DNA from: a bacterium
Lineage (GTDB): Bacteria > Bacillota > Clostridia > Lachnospirales > Lachnospiraceae
Assembly (NCBI GenBank): GCA_023663725.1
Contig: JAMPGX010000008.1
Location: forward strand, 16,477-80,476
DNA length: 64,000 bases
Reading direction: 5' to 3'
Position 1 is the stretch's first letter. Every line of letters starts with the position of its first letter. Positions 19,808 through 29,534 of the stretch are shown here, in pieces. A program made the translations under genes and the position numbers. The notes below the pieces were generated by a model. It worked only from the letters and a program-made list of their open reading frames with translations. It made no database searches and was not told the origin of the DNA.

Positions 19808-20905
19808 TCATTGTGGCGATTTGACGACAAAGGCGGTAGGCAGCCGCCAGGACGAGTTCTGATAATAGAAGGTGACGCTTGCCATCTCATAGGCGTCGTT
19901 GTACACCATCGTGGAAGAGCTGCCGCCATCGAGATTGGCCGCGTTTACCGCGCCATATTGCTGCATGATACCGATCAGGTCGGAGGCGGTTGCCCCCAGA
20001 TGTCCGGAGGAACCCCGCCCGTCCGTGACAAGCATCAGGACGGCTCCGTCGGCGCGCTGGCCGATGGCGGTGCGCGGATTGGCGCCGCTTCCCTGTCCGT
20101 CTGTCTTGCGGGCCTCGCCGTTCACAATCAGCTGTACGAAATGGTTGTTTTTGTCGGAGCTTTCCTCCTGAAAAGCCACAGCGTCGCGAATATGCTCGTC
20201 CGCGACATATGCTTCAAAGTCGCTGCGGGTCATGCCGGCAAGGTCCTGAATGATCAGGATATTGTCCGCGTTGAAGCCGATCATATAGGTTCCGGTCTGT
20301 CCGGAAGGATCGTTGTAGGTGATTTCCCCCTCCTGGACGACGACGCCCAGCGGCTTGCCCCCCTTATTTTCCGCCGACACATAGATACCGCCGTTTATTC
20401 CGGCGACAGCGTTCGCGCCGGATACGATCTTGTCCAGCTCCTTGCCGTATTCCGACCAGGGATAGGTGCTGCCTACGCACACCTGCGAGGGGTCCTTGAC
20501 GATCATCATCTTGGCATAGAAAGAGCGTCCGGATATCTCTTCTATCCGAATTCCGTTCTCGTCAAATTCCTCCTGCGGGTCAGAGGATTCTTCCCCGGCG
20601 CTATTGGGATCGGAATCATCCGTCTCCTCAATCTGAATCAGGGAGGTGTCAACCTGCGCGGACAACGCCTGCATGGAATTGCGGTTCACGATCTCCTGAA
20701 TCTCCTCCTCGCTGCAGACCAGGGACGCCAGGAATTTGAGCTGTCCGGTCTCAAGCAGGGTTGGGATCAACAGATCGCGCGCGGCCATGGAAGGTCCGTT
20801 ACAGCATTTTTGCAGCACCAGGTATAATGTGCCGGCGAATAAAAATAATGTGATGAACACAGGCAGCAGTATTTTACCGATCACGGAAGCGACTTTTCTA
20901 CCCAT
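19808..20905 (-). CDS. Phosphodiester glycosidase (NAGPA/DUF2233-like) family protein
   Basis: AGINGG, NPRTAIGQRADG, VTDGRG, AANLDGGSSSTM motifs. Confidence 0.88.
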   Translation of the reverse strand: MGRKVASVIGKILLPVFITLFLFAGTLYLVLQKCCNGPSMAARDLLIPTLLETGQLKFLASLVCSEEEIQEIVNRNSMQALSAQVDTSLIQIEETDDSDPNSAGEESSDPQEEFDENGIRIEEISGRSFYAKMMIVKDPSQVCVGSTYPWSEYGKELDKIVSGANAVAGINGGIYVSAENKGGKPLGVVVQEGEITYNDPSGQTGTYMIGFNADNILIIQDLAGMTRSDFEAYVADEHIRDAVAFQEESSDKNNHFVQLIVNGEARKTDGQGSGANPRTAIGQRADGAVLMLVTDGRGSSGHLGATASDLIGIMQQYGAVNAANLDGGSSSTMVYNDAYEMASVTFYYQNSSWRLPTAFVVKSPQ

Positions 20906-20920
20906 TGCAGGTATCCTCCC

Positions 20921-21982
20921 TTACCTCTTAAAAATCCATTTTTGCTGAATCTGGAAGCTCGCAAAAAACAGCCCCAGATCGATGATCATTTTTACTACGG
21001 TCTCCCATATGTCACCGTCTAAGCGCATCAGGACGGCAGCCAGATAGACCAGTCCGTAGGATGCAGCCGTCTGGCAGACGCACAGCAGATAGTATTTCGG
21101 CAGAGTGCTCCTGGCGGACTCTCTGGAACGGAAGACAATTCCCTTATTCATGAGGTAATTGCAGAGGGAACTGATCATCCGCGCGCTCGCTGTCGCAAGG
21201 AAAAGCCGCATTGCCGGCTCGATTTCCGCACCTGTCAGCAGCAGGTTGAGAAGGGTGAATATCAGGATATCCACCACAAAAGAGCTCAGAGAGCTGGCGA
21301 TGAACTTAAAGATCACCTCGTATATCTTCAGCGAATCCCGTATGGGATGAAAGTGGGATGATGCGTTGTTGTCCAGGTATACCGTCTCGATGACGAGCTC
21401 CGCCAGTTCGATGCCAAGGCGCTTGAGGTACAGGAGCTGGTTGGTCTCATATTCATACCGCTCTCCCGGGATCTCAAGCATCTGCGGCAGGTGCTGCGCC
21501 GGTATCGCCCGCAGCCCCGTCTGCGTATCGCTGATTGTGATGCCGCAGGCAAGACGGAATACTGTCCTTGTCAGCTTGTTGCCCAGTCTGCTCTTGAGGG
21601 GGACCTTCGGGCTGGAAAAATCTCTGACGCCCAGGACGACCTTGTCCTGCAGCTCTTCCATCAGCGAGACGCAGCGCCGGATATCCTGCGGAAGATGCTG
21701 GCCGTCCCCGTCGACGGTCACAACGCCGCTTATGTCGCGGCGGCTGCGCAAAATGTGAGCAAAGGCAGTCTTCATCGCGCTGCCCTTGCCCCGGTTCACC
21801 TCATGAGTCAGTATCTCGACGCCGTCAAGAGTCCCTGCCTCCTCAAAATATTTCTTATGTTCTACGGAGCTGCCGTCGTCGACGATGACAATGTCCGTAA
21901 AGCCCTCTTCCAGCAGTCCCTTCACGGTGCGGAGCATTTTCCCGTCAGGGTTGAGAGAGGGCAGAACGACTACAGTATTCAT
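20921..21982 (-). CDS. GT2 glycosyltransferase fused to a GtrA-like flippase domain
   Basis: IVIVDDGS, NRGKG, TVDGDGQH, DTQTGLR; C-terminal four-TM GtrA pattern. Confidence 0.9.
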   Translation of the reverse strand: MNTVVVLPSLNPDGKMLRTVKGLLEEGFTDIVIVDDGSSVEHKKYFEEAGTLDGVEILTHEVNRGKGSAMKTAFAHILRSRRDISGVVTVDGDGQHLPQDIRRCVSLMEELQDKVVLGVRDFSSPKVPLKSRLGNKLTRTVFRLACGITISDTQTGLRAIPAQHLPQMLEIPGERYEYETNQLLYLKRLGIELAELVIETVYLDNNASSHFHPIRDSLKIYEVIFKFIASSLSSFVVDILIFTLLNLLLTGAEIEPAMRLFLATASARMISSLCNYLMNKGIVFRSRESARSTLPKYYLLCVCQTAASYGLVYLAAVLMRLDGDIWETVVKMIIDLGLFFASFQIQQKWIFKR

Positions 21983-22519
21983 CTATTCCTCCTTTTGCGC
22001 CAGGATGCGGCGGCCGACGATGTTGACGCACAGCCCTATGGCAATACCCGTGATGAGGCCAGCGAGCACGTCGGTCGGATAGTGGATGCCCACATACAGT
22101 CTGGAGAGAGCGATGAGCGACGCCAGAACGAGCAGGAGCACGCCATATCTGCGCGGAAGATGGGGAAACAGCGCAACCGCGGAGGAAAAGCTGGCCCCCG
22201 TATGCCCTGACGGGAAAGAGGCGTCGTGAGCGGGGGAGACAATGCAGCGCAGGCCCTCCACGACCTCATAGGGACGGACTCTTCCGACCAGGTTTTTCAG
22301 AATCATATTGTTGACCACCAGTGAGCCGATCAGGGCGCAGGCTGAGAAAATGCCCGCTTTTCTGGTCTGCTTGAAGCACAGGAGGGCAATCGTCAGCAGG
22401 ATCCAGAAGATTCCCGCGTCCCCCAGGTGGGTGATTCCGCCAAAAAAGATATCGCATACCGTATTTCTGAGATGCTCCTGAATAAAGAGCAGAATTTCTC
22501 CGTCAACTGTCGTAATCAT
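21983..22519 (-). CDS. PAP2 family phosphatase (undecaprenyl-PP phosphatase-like)
   Basis: K-x6-RP, SFPSGH, SRLYVGIHYPTD motifs. Confidence 0.92.
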   Translation of the reverse strand: MITTVDGEILLFIQEHLRNTVCDIFFGGITHLGDAGIFWILLTIALLCFKQTRKAGIFSACALIGSLVVNNMILKNLVGRVRPYEVVEGLRCIVSPAHDASFPSGHTGASFSSAVALFPHLPRRYGVLLLVLASLIALSRLYVGIHYPTDVLAGLITGIAIGLCVNIVGRRILAQKEE

Positions 22520-22861
22520 TTGAATCCCCTCGCGTATCTCTCAAATGTAATGGGACACCCTTATGCCGTAGATCAACCCGACATGGCGTCCTACCTCATC
22601 ATACCACAACCGTTTAGCGGAAGCAATGTTTTTTCATCGCCTGGTGTGGGTGGGGCTTTTGGGGTGGTACTTTTTAAGGGGTTGTCTGCAAGGGACGCTC
22701 CAGAGGGATAATCGTTTGTGGCTTAGGGCTAAAAATCAGCAGGGATGAAATTCATAATATTTGGCTGATGATGTAAAGTTTACTACAAGCATAAAAGAAA
22801 AATAGGTTGTTTTCTAGCTAGAATTTGCATATAATATAAGTGGAAGAGAGGTGCATTTAAA

Positions 22862-23104
22862 ATGACAATTGATACAAACACAATGATTTCAATTACAGAA
22901 GCAAATCAAAATTTTTCAAAAGTAGCCAAAGTAGTTGACAAACATGGAACGGCGGTTATTCTGAAAAATAATGTACCCAGATATCTGGTCATTGATTTCA
23001 GTAAAGCGGAAAAAGAAAAAGTAGCTGATAGCGAGGATGTTTTTGCAATATCTGAACGGTTAATAAAGCAGAATATGGAAGCATATGAGGTTCTTGCAAA
23101 ATGA
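22862..23104 (+). CDS. phd: Phd/YefM family antitoxin
   Basis: ISITEANQNFSKVAKVVD...VILKNNVP; ATGA overlap with doc. Confidence 0.88.
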   Translation: MTIDTNTMISITEANQNFSKVAKVVDKHGTAVILKNNVPRYLVIDFSKAEKEKVADSEDVFAISERLIKQNMEAYEVLAK

Positions 23105-23478
23105 TTATTTTAAGCAAAGAGCAGGTACTAAAACTCCATGCAAGATTAATAAAAGCCACTGGAGGAAGTGACGGTATTCGTGATGAAGGAATGCTGGATA
23201 TGGCATTAAATAATCCGTTTCAATCATTTGACGGAAAAGAGCTTTATCCAAGCATTCAGGCAAAGGCGGCACGGCTTTGTTTTGGATTGGTAAAAAACCA
23301 TGCTATGCTGGACGGAAACAAAAGACTTGGTGCGCATGTTATGTTGATTTTTCTAGCATTAAACGGATATGAATTGTATTACAGCCAAAAGGAGTTAAGC
23401 GATGTAATTCTTGCGCTGGCATCCGGTGATATTGGCGAAAATGAAATCTTACAATGGATTATTAAACATCAAGAATGA
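23101..23478 (+). CDS. doc: Death-on-curing (Fic/Doc) toxin
   Basis: GIRDEGML, HAMLDGNKR Fic/Doc motif. Confidence 0.9.
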   Translation: MIILSKEQVLKLHARLIKATGGSDGIRDEGMLDMALNNPFQSFDGKELYPSIQAKAARLCFGLVKNHAMLDGNKRLGAHVMLIFLALNGYELYYSQKELSDVILALASGDIGENEILQWIIKHQE

Positions 23479-23547
23479 GCTCTACACATATGAGAGCGAA
23501 ACGAACCCTTTGCACAAACTTGTTTCTTGTATAAAGGGTGTTGAGGA

Positions 23548-24027
23548 ATGAGTATTATGAAGTATTCGGAGAAACAAGTACAAATTGGAGGCTTGGAAAC
23601 TTACATTTTTACTACCCAAAATGCGAAACTGCTTATGAGCGATACGACACTGTTAGAGGAGCTTAATCTACGGATTACTTGCCTGGAAGAACTGCGGAGC
23701 AACATCAAAGTGGCAGAGAGTCATTTCGATAACCAATTATTTATATCTGTTTTCCAGCGATATGATCGCTGGTTTACATCTCTATATATCAAGATTAGTG
23801 AAAACTATATCGATGTAAAATATCACGAAAAATGGTTTTGCCGTCGGTGCCTTGAAACAATAGCAGAAAGTGTTTTAATCCCTGAAGAGGACAATGGCAT
23901 TTTCTTCCCAATAGAGTGGCGCTATAAATACCCATCTGTCTTTCATTTTATGCGATGTAAAAAATGCGGTAACAGAACGGATAGAGATTTGCTGCCCGAA
24001 AAAGAGTTTTTGGAGGGACACTTCTGA
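23548..24027 (+). CDS. AT-rich hypothetical protein with two CxxC motifs
   Basis: 159 aa; CRRC and CKKC; GAGG RBS. Confidence 0.65.
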   Translation: MSIMKYSEKQVQIGGLETYIFTTQNAKLLMSDTTLLEELNLRITCLEELRSNIKVAESHFDNQLFISVFQRYDRWFTSLYIKISENYIDVKYHEKWFCRRCLETIAESVLIPEEDNGIFFPIEWRYKYPSVFHFMRCKKCGNRTDRDLLPEKEFLEGHF

Positions 24028-24149
24028 GAAAAGGGATTAAGATATTGCGGACAGGCCCGCAGGCATGGTATCCTGTATACGGAGATTTCTGCATGACAGA
24101 GGAATTGCAATTGCCTGATTGATGAGAAAAAGGGAAAGGGATGAAATAG

Positions 24150-27100
24150 ATGAACGACTGCCTGCAATTATTTACCCGTCCGACGGCGGACTGGTTTCAG
24201 GAAAAGCTGGGAAGGCCGACTCAGGTACAGGAGGCGGCATGGCCTGCGATTGCCGCGGGCGGTCATGTGCTGGTCTCTGCCCCCACCGGGACGGGCAAGA
24301 CGCTCTCGGCCTTTCTGGTGTTCCTGGACAGACTGAGGGCGCAGGCCCAGGAGGGAAGCCTGAAGCGGGAGCTGCAGCTCATCTATGTGTCGCCGCTGAA
24401 ATCCCTGGCGGCGGACATTCGGGAGAATCTGCGCAGGCCCCTGGAGGGTATCGGCGGCCAGGAGTTGGTCTCCGTTGCCATTCGCACCGGAGACACGACC
24501 GCGCGGGAGCGGCAGCAGATGGTGAGAAAGCCGCCCCATATCCTGATCATCACTCCGGAATCTCTCTATCTGATGCTGACCAGCAAGACGGGGCAGAATG
24601 TGCTCTGCACCGCCAGGGCTGTCATCATAGATGAACTGCACGCGCTGATCGACACCAAGAGGGGGGCGCATCTGATGTTATCCCTGGCCAGGCTGGACGC
24701 TCTGTGCGGCAGGCCGCTGCAGCGCATTGGTCTGTCCGCCACTATCGCTCCGTTGGACCGGGCAGCCCAATACCTGGCCCCGGAGCCGGTGACAGTGGCG
24801 GCTCCCGCCATGGAAAAGGGAGTGCAGCTCCAGATATTGGGCCCCTACGCGGATGCGCGCAGGAAGCGCAAGGACCCGATATGGCAGGAGCTGGCGGAGC
24901 TGGTCTACCGGTACTGTGAAAACAGCCGCAGTGTCATCGCCTTTGTGGAGGGCAGGCGGTATGCGGAAAAGCTGGCCTACTATGTGAACCTGCTGGGCGG
25001 GGAGGAGTTCGCGCGGGTACATCACGGGAGTCTGGCCAAGGAACAGCGCCAGGAGACGGAGGCAGCCCTGCGGGATGGGCGGCTGCGGCTTCTGTGCGCG
25101 ACCTCCTCCATGGAGCTGGGTATCGACGTGGGAGAGATCGATCAGGTGTTGCAGGTGGGATGTCCCCGCACAGTCTCCAGCACCCTGCAGAGACTGGGTC
25201 GGGCCGGACACAATCCCTCCCGCACCAGCGTCATGTATCTGTTCCCCAGGACAGCGGCGGAATGCGTGCTCTGCGGCATGACGGCCCAGCTCGCAAGGGA
25301 GAACAGAGTGGAGAAGCTGAATCCCCCTGAGGGCTGTCTGGATATCCTGGCTCAGCATCTGGTCTCCATGGCGGCCTTCAAGCCCTATCAGGTGGACGAG
25401 GTCATGGAGCTGCTGCCCAGGGCATGGCCATTCCGCCATGTGACCAGGGAGGATGTGCAGTCGGTGCTGGAGATGCTGGCCGGAGACTATGAGCACAGTC
25501 GGGAGATCCCAGTTCGCCCGCGCATCCTGTACGACCGCATTCACGGCAGAGTGGAGGGGGATGGCTACAGCAGGATGCTGGCTGTCTCCGCCGGAGGGAC
25601 TATTCCCGACAGAGGTCTGTACACGGTGCGCACGCAGGACGGCGTCAAGGTGGGCGAGGCGGATGAGGAGTTTGTCTATGAGACGCAGAAGGGGGACCGT
25701 TTTATTCTGGGGGCTTTCGCGTGGCGGGTGACAGAGATCAGCAGGGATACGGTGACGGTAGTGCAGGCCCCTGTGGAGGGGGCAAGGCTCCCTTTTTGGC
25801 ACGGGGACCTGAAGGGGCGGAGCCTGGAGACGGGGGTGGCCTTTGGCGTTATGCTTCGGGCTCTCTCGGAGGCGGAGGAGCAGGGCAGGCTGAGGCAGGC
25901 CTTGGGAGAGCTGGGCCTGGATGAACCGGCGGCTCGGCTGGCAGAGGGATATCTGCAGCGCCAGATTGCCGCCACGGGAGGGCTGCCCGACGACAGGACG
26001 ATCCTGGTGGAGCATTTCCGAGATCAGTCCGGCCACAGCCAGATGATGATCCATTCTATCTTCGGGCGGCAGATCAACAGCCCCCTGGCTCTGCTGGCGG
26101 CGAGGCAGACCGGAGAAGAGATGGGGGAAAATGTGGGCAGCGTGGACGAGGAGGACGGCTTCCTGCTGTATTCCTACGGGGAAAATGAGATGCCGGAGGG
26201 CGTGCTCTACAGAGTGGACGCGGAGACGGCTGAGGCTGTGCTGGCGGCGCTACTGCCCTCTACGCCTCTCTTTAACATTGCCTTTCGCTACAACTGCGGC
26301 AGGGCGCTGATGATGGGGGTGCGGGGAAAGGGACGGCAGCCCCTGTGGATGCAGCGGCTTCGCAGCGCGGAGATGCTTGATCAGGTGGTGCGCGAGAAGG
26401 AGCACCCGCTGATGCGGGAGACCTGGCGGGAGTGTATGCGCCAGCTGTGGGACGTGGCGGGAGTGCGGGATATTTTGGAAAAAATCCAGGCCGGAGAGAT
26501 TCAGGTGCGGGAGATTTACACCGACACGGCCTCCCCCATGTCCCTGCCTCTGCAGTGGAGTCAGGAAGCCGCCATGATGTACGACTATGCGCCGACGCCT
26601 CGGGGCATCCAGAGGGCGGTGGAGGAGGCGCTCAGGGATGAAAAGGAGCTGGTGCGTCCCGGCAGTCAGGAGCTGGCTCAGGCACAGGAGCGAGGGAGAC
26701 TGCCGGAGAATGCGGAGCAGCTTCACACGCTGTTGATGACGGAGGGAGACCTGGCGGCGGGAGAGTTGGAGCTTCCGGTGGAGTGGCTGGAGGAGCTGGC
26801 GGAGGAGGAGCGCGCCCTGTATCTGGAGCAGGGACTCTGGATCGCCGCGGAGCAGCGGGAACAGTATGAGGGAGCCCTCGGCGGAGACGGGAGCAAAGCC
26901 GCGGATGTGGTACGGCGGATGCTGCGCTATCGGGGTGGGGCTACCGCCGGTCAGGTGGCGCTGCGATACGGTTGGAGACCGGAGGAGGCCCGTCTGGTGC
27001 TGGAGGAGCTGTGTCATAAGGGCGAGGCGGTGAGCCAGGAGGAGCTGCGGCGTGAAGAGGAAACGCAGTGTGCGGAGGGCAGCGCAGGCACGGCTGATAC

Positions 27101-28409
27101 CGCGCAGCATCCGCAGACCGTGTATTATCATGCTCAGCTATATCAGCGTGCAAGGATACGCACTCTGAAAAATCGCCGGGAGGAGATCGCCACCTGTCCG
27201 CCTGAGAGCTATGCGGCGTTGCTCCTGTCCCGCATACAGCGCCAGGCTCCGCCGCAGGAGGCCCTGCGGGAGACAGTCAGGTCCTTTGCGGGAATGTCCC
27301 TGCCCGCGGCGCTCTGGGAGGAGCTGGTTCTGCCCGCCAGAGTGCGGGGATATCGGGAGGCTCTTCTGGACGCGTTTCTCGCCCAGGGAGAGTATTTCTG
27401 GCATATGGAGGACAATGGCAGACTGCGCTTCGACTCCGCGGAGGAGCTTGACTGGGAGCGGGAGGCGCAGGTGCCGTGGGAAGAGTTGACAGACAGGGAG
27501 AAGAGGGTGGCGGAGGCGCTGATGCGGCGGGGCGCCAGCTTCCCCCTGTCTCTCAGCCATGTGTTGGACGGGGAATCGCCCTATGACACGCTGCTCTCCC
27601 TGATCGAGAAAGGATTGGTATGCGCGGACAGCTTTGTGCCGGTGCGACAGTGGCAGAACAGGGAGAAAACGCAGAAAGCTGCGGCCAGGCAGAGAGTGGG
27701 AGCCAGGGTTAAGGTGCTGCAGGCAGGACGGTTTGACCTGGTGAGGCCGCTGCGTACGCTGACCGTCCAGGAGCAGATGGAGAGATGCTTTGACCGCTAC
27801 CTGATTCTGTGTCGGGAGACGGCGGCCGCGTGGGGTTTGCCCTGGCAGGAGGCGCTGAGGCTCCTGCGGGTATGGGAATATACGGGGCAGGTACGGCGGG
27901 GTTATTTTGTGAGAGGGCTGTCGGGGGCGCAGTTTATCCGCAGGCAGGATTTCGAGAGCGTCACGGCCCGTCTGATGCACCCGCAGGCGCAGCTTGTCTG
28001 GCTGAATGCCGCCGACCCCATGCAGCCCTGGGGGAAGGTGCTGGCCCATGAGCCGGAGCGGAGCTTCATCAATGTGCCGGGTACTGCGGTGGCTTTCCGA
28101 GACGGTCTGCCTGTGGCGGTGTTTGAGCGGCAGGGCAAGACGCTGCGCTGTCTGGAGCCCGGATGGGAGGGGCAGCAGGGCGTCGCAGGCCGGGACAGCG
28201 CAGATCGGGGCGGTGTAGTCTGGGATAGCATGGCCCTGCGGGAAAGCCTGACGGAGCTTCTGGGCCTGTTTGTCCGAGAATTCCAGGGCGGCAGGATTTT
28301 TCCGGGCAGAAAACGCATCTCTGTAAAGGAATATCCGTCCTGGGCGGTCGAGGCTCTGGCGGAGAGCGGTTTTTTGCATGAGATACAGGACTATGTGCTG
28401 TACCGCTAG
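24150..28409 (+). CDS. lhr: Long Lhr-family SF2 helicase
   Basis: APTGTGKT, SPLKSL, DELH, SAT, HHGSL, QRLGRAGH, GGTIPD; extended Lhr-type C-terminal region. Confidence 0.88.
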   Translation: MNDCLQLFTRPTADWFQEKLGRPTQVQEAAWPAIAAGGHVLVSAPTGTGKTLSAFLVFLDRLRAQAQEGSLKRELQLIYVSPLKSLAADIRENLRRPLEGIGGQELVSVAIRTGDTTARERQQMVRKPPHILIITPESLYLMLTSKTGQNVLCTARAVIIDELHALIDTKRGAHLMLSLARLDALCGRPLQRIGLSATIAPLDRAAQYLAPEPVTVAAPAMEKGVQLQILGPYADARRKRKDPIWQELAELVYRYCENSRSVIAFVEGRRYAEKLAYYVNLLGGEEFARVHHGSLAKEQRQETEAALRDGRLRLLCATSSMELGIDVGEIDQVLQVGCPRTVSSTLQRLGRAGHNPSRTSVMYLFPRTAAECVLCGMTAQLARENRVEKLNPPEGCLDILAQHLVSMAAFKPYQVDEVMELLPRAWPFRHVTREDVQSVLEMLAGDYEHSREIPVRPRILYDRIHGRVEGDGYSRMLAVSAGGTIPDRGLYTVRTQDGVKVGEADEEFVYETQKGDRFILGAFAWRVTEISRDTVTVVQAPVEGARLPFWHGDLKGRSLETGVAFGVMLRALSEAEEQGRLRQALGELGLDEPAARLAEGYLQRQIAATGGLPDDRTILVEHFRDQSGHSQMMIHSIFGRQINSPLALLAARQTGEEMGENVGSVDEEDGFLLYSYGENEMPEGVLYRVDAETAEAVLAALLPSTPLFNIAFRYNCGRALMMGVRGKGRQPLWMQRLRSAEMLDQVVREKEHPLMRETWRECMRQLWDVAGVRDILEKIQAGEIQVREIYTDTASPMSLPLQWSQEAAMMYDYAPTPRGIQRAVEEALRDEKELVRPGSQELAQAQERGRLPENAEQLHTLLMTEGDLAAGELELPVEWLEELAEEERALYLEQGLWIAAEQREQYEGALGGDGSKAADVVRRMLRYRGGATAGQVALRYGWRPEEARLVLEELCHKGEAVSQEELRREEETQCAEGSAGTADTAQHPQTVYYHAQLYQRARIRTLKNRREEIATCPPESYAALLLSRIQRQAPPQEALRETVRSFAGMSLPAALWEELVLPARVRGYREALLDAFLAQGEYFWHMEDNGRLRFDSAEELDWEREAQVPWEELTDREKRVAEALMRRGASFPLSLSHVLDGESPYDTLLSLIEKGLVCADSFVPVRQWQNREKTQKAAARQRVGARVKVLQAGRFDLVRPLRTLTVQEQMERCFDRYLILCRETAAAWGLPWQEALRLLRVWEYTGQVRRGYFVRGLSGAQFIRRQDFESVTARLMHPQAQLVWLNAADPMQPWGKVLAHEPERSFINVPGTAVAFRDGLPVAVFERQGKTLRCLEPGWEGQQGVAGRDSADRGGVVWDSMALRESLTELLGLFVREFQGGRIFPGRKRISVKEYPSWAVEALAESGFLHEIQDYVLYR

Positions 28410-28535
28410 TGTGCTGCAACTGATGGCGTCGCTGACTGACGGCGCTGTGTGTCGGTGCATATGTCCGGCGTGGATGGAAGCCGCGTGCAGACATATGCGG
28501 TGCGGTGAATGGGAATATAGATTTGCATATGGAGG

Positions 28536-29417
28536 ATGTGGAACTTGTCAGGATACACAAGAGCAAAATATGTAATCAGGGGATTGATCTGCGTGGGGGT
28601 GCTGCTTCTGACATCCTGCGGCCAGGCAGAGAGGGAGTCCGCATCGGATGTGCCGGAAGCTTCGGTCAGCACGCAGGTATGTCCGGCAGATATGGATATC
28701 CCCTCATTATATGCGTTCTTTTCGCAAAATGTAGTCCTCGCGGCCGCTGAACGCCCCGGGGGAAGGCCCGCGCCGGACATGCAGGAATCTCAGGTCGATA
28801 GATGGGTATGGCTGGCGGATATGAATATTCATCCACTGTATGCCGCTTTTCTGCGGGGTGAAATCCGTGTAGCCAATCCCTTTGCGGAGGAGGATGAGCT
28901 GTCTTTTTTTGATGAGAGGGATTATGAACCCGAGCAGACATTCACGATGGCGAGCAAGAGTTTTTCGCTGGTGGACGTCAATGGGGATGGCGAGCCGGAA
29001 TTGATTTTCCGGATGGAGGATTCGCCGAGTGAGCTGGTCTATATTTTGGGGGTTCTGGGAGATGAGCTAACCTGCTTTGATGTATTTGAGACCCATACGA
29101 CGCATATGTCAGTCACCGTATATGACAATGGCATCGTCTGCTGGGGGCAGAATTATGACGGCAGCGAAGACATCTATTATAGTTATGACAGCGATGGCAA
29201 ATCCCGTGAACTGCTCCATTTTGTGGGGACGGAGGATGACCTTGCCTCAGAGCTGGAGTACGAGTATTATTACCTTGACGGAGACGGGGCTGCCAGGTTT
29301 TCTCTGGATAGTGTGGAGGAATATGAACGTCTGATCGCTCCCTATGAGGGGGAATACCTGGAATGGTTTCGCTGTGATGCCTTTGCGGACATACCTCGTG
29401 CGGAGAGCATTCCCTGA
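28536..29417 (+). CDS. Acidic lipoprotein of unknown function
   Basis: LTSC lipobox; DVNGDGEPEL Ca-binding-like loop. Confidence 0.7.
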   Translation: MWNLSGYTRAKYVIRGLICVGVLLLTSCGQAERESASDVPEASVSTQVCPADMDIPSLYAFFSQNVVLAAAERPGGRPAPDMQESQVDRWVWLADMNIHPLYAAFLRGEIRVANPFAEEDELSFFDERDYEPEQTFTMASKSFSLVDVNGDGEPELIFRMEDSPSELVYILGVLGDELTCFDVFETHTTHMSVTVYDNGIVCWGQNYDGSEDIYYSYDSDGKSRELLHFVGTEDDLASELEYEYYYLDGDGAARFSLDSVEEYERLIAPYEGEYLEWFRCDAFADIPRAESIP

Positions 29418-29534
29418 TGGGTATGCGGGCTTGCCGGAGCGCACATCTGCAGGTGAGTCCGCTGCCTTGCCTGCTGACGGCGCTTTGCGTATGAAGCCAG
29501 ACTTTGTGAGATAGAGGGGTAGGAGAGAAAGAAG

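Noticed and set aside
22640-22740. G-rich stretch resembling an integrative-element end before phd-doc
   Set aside because: No matching repeat or integrase found in the window
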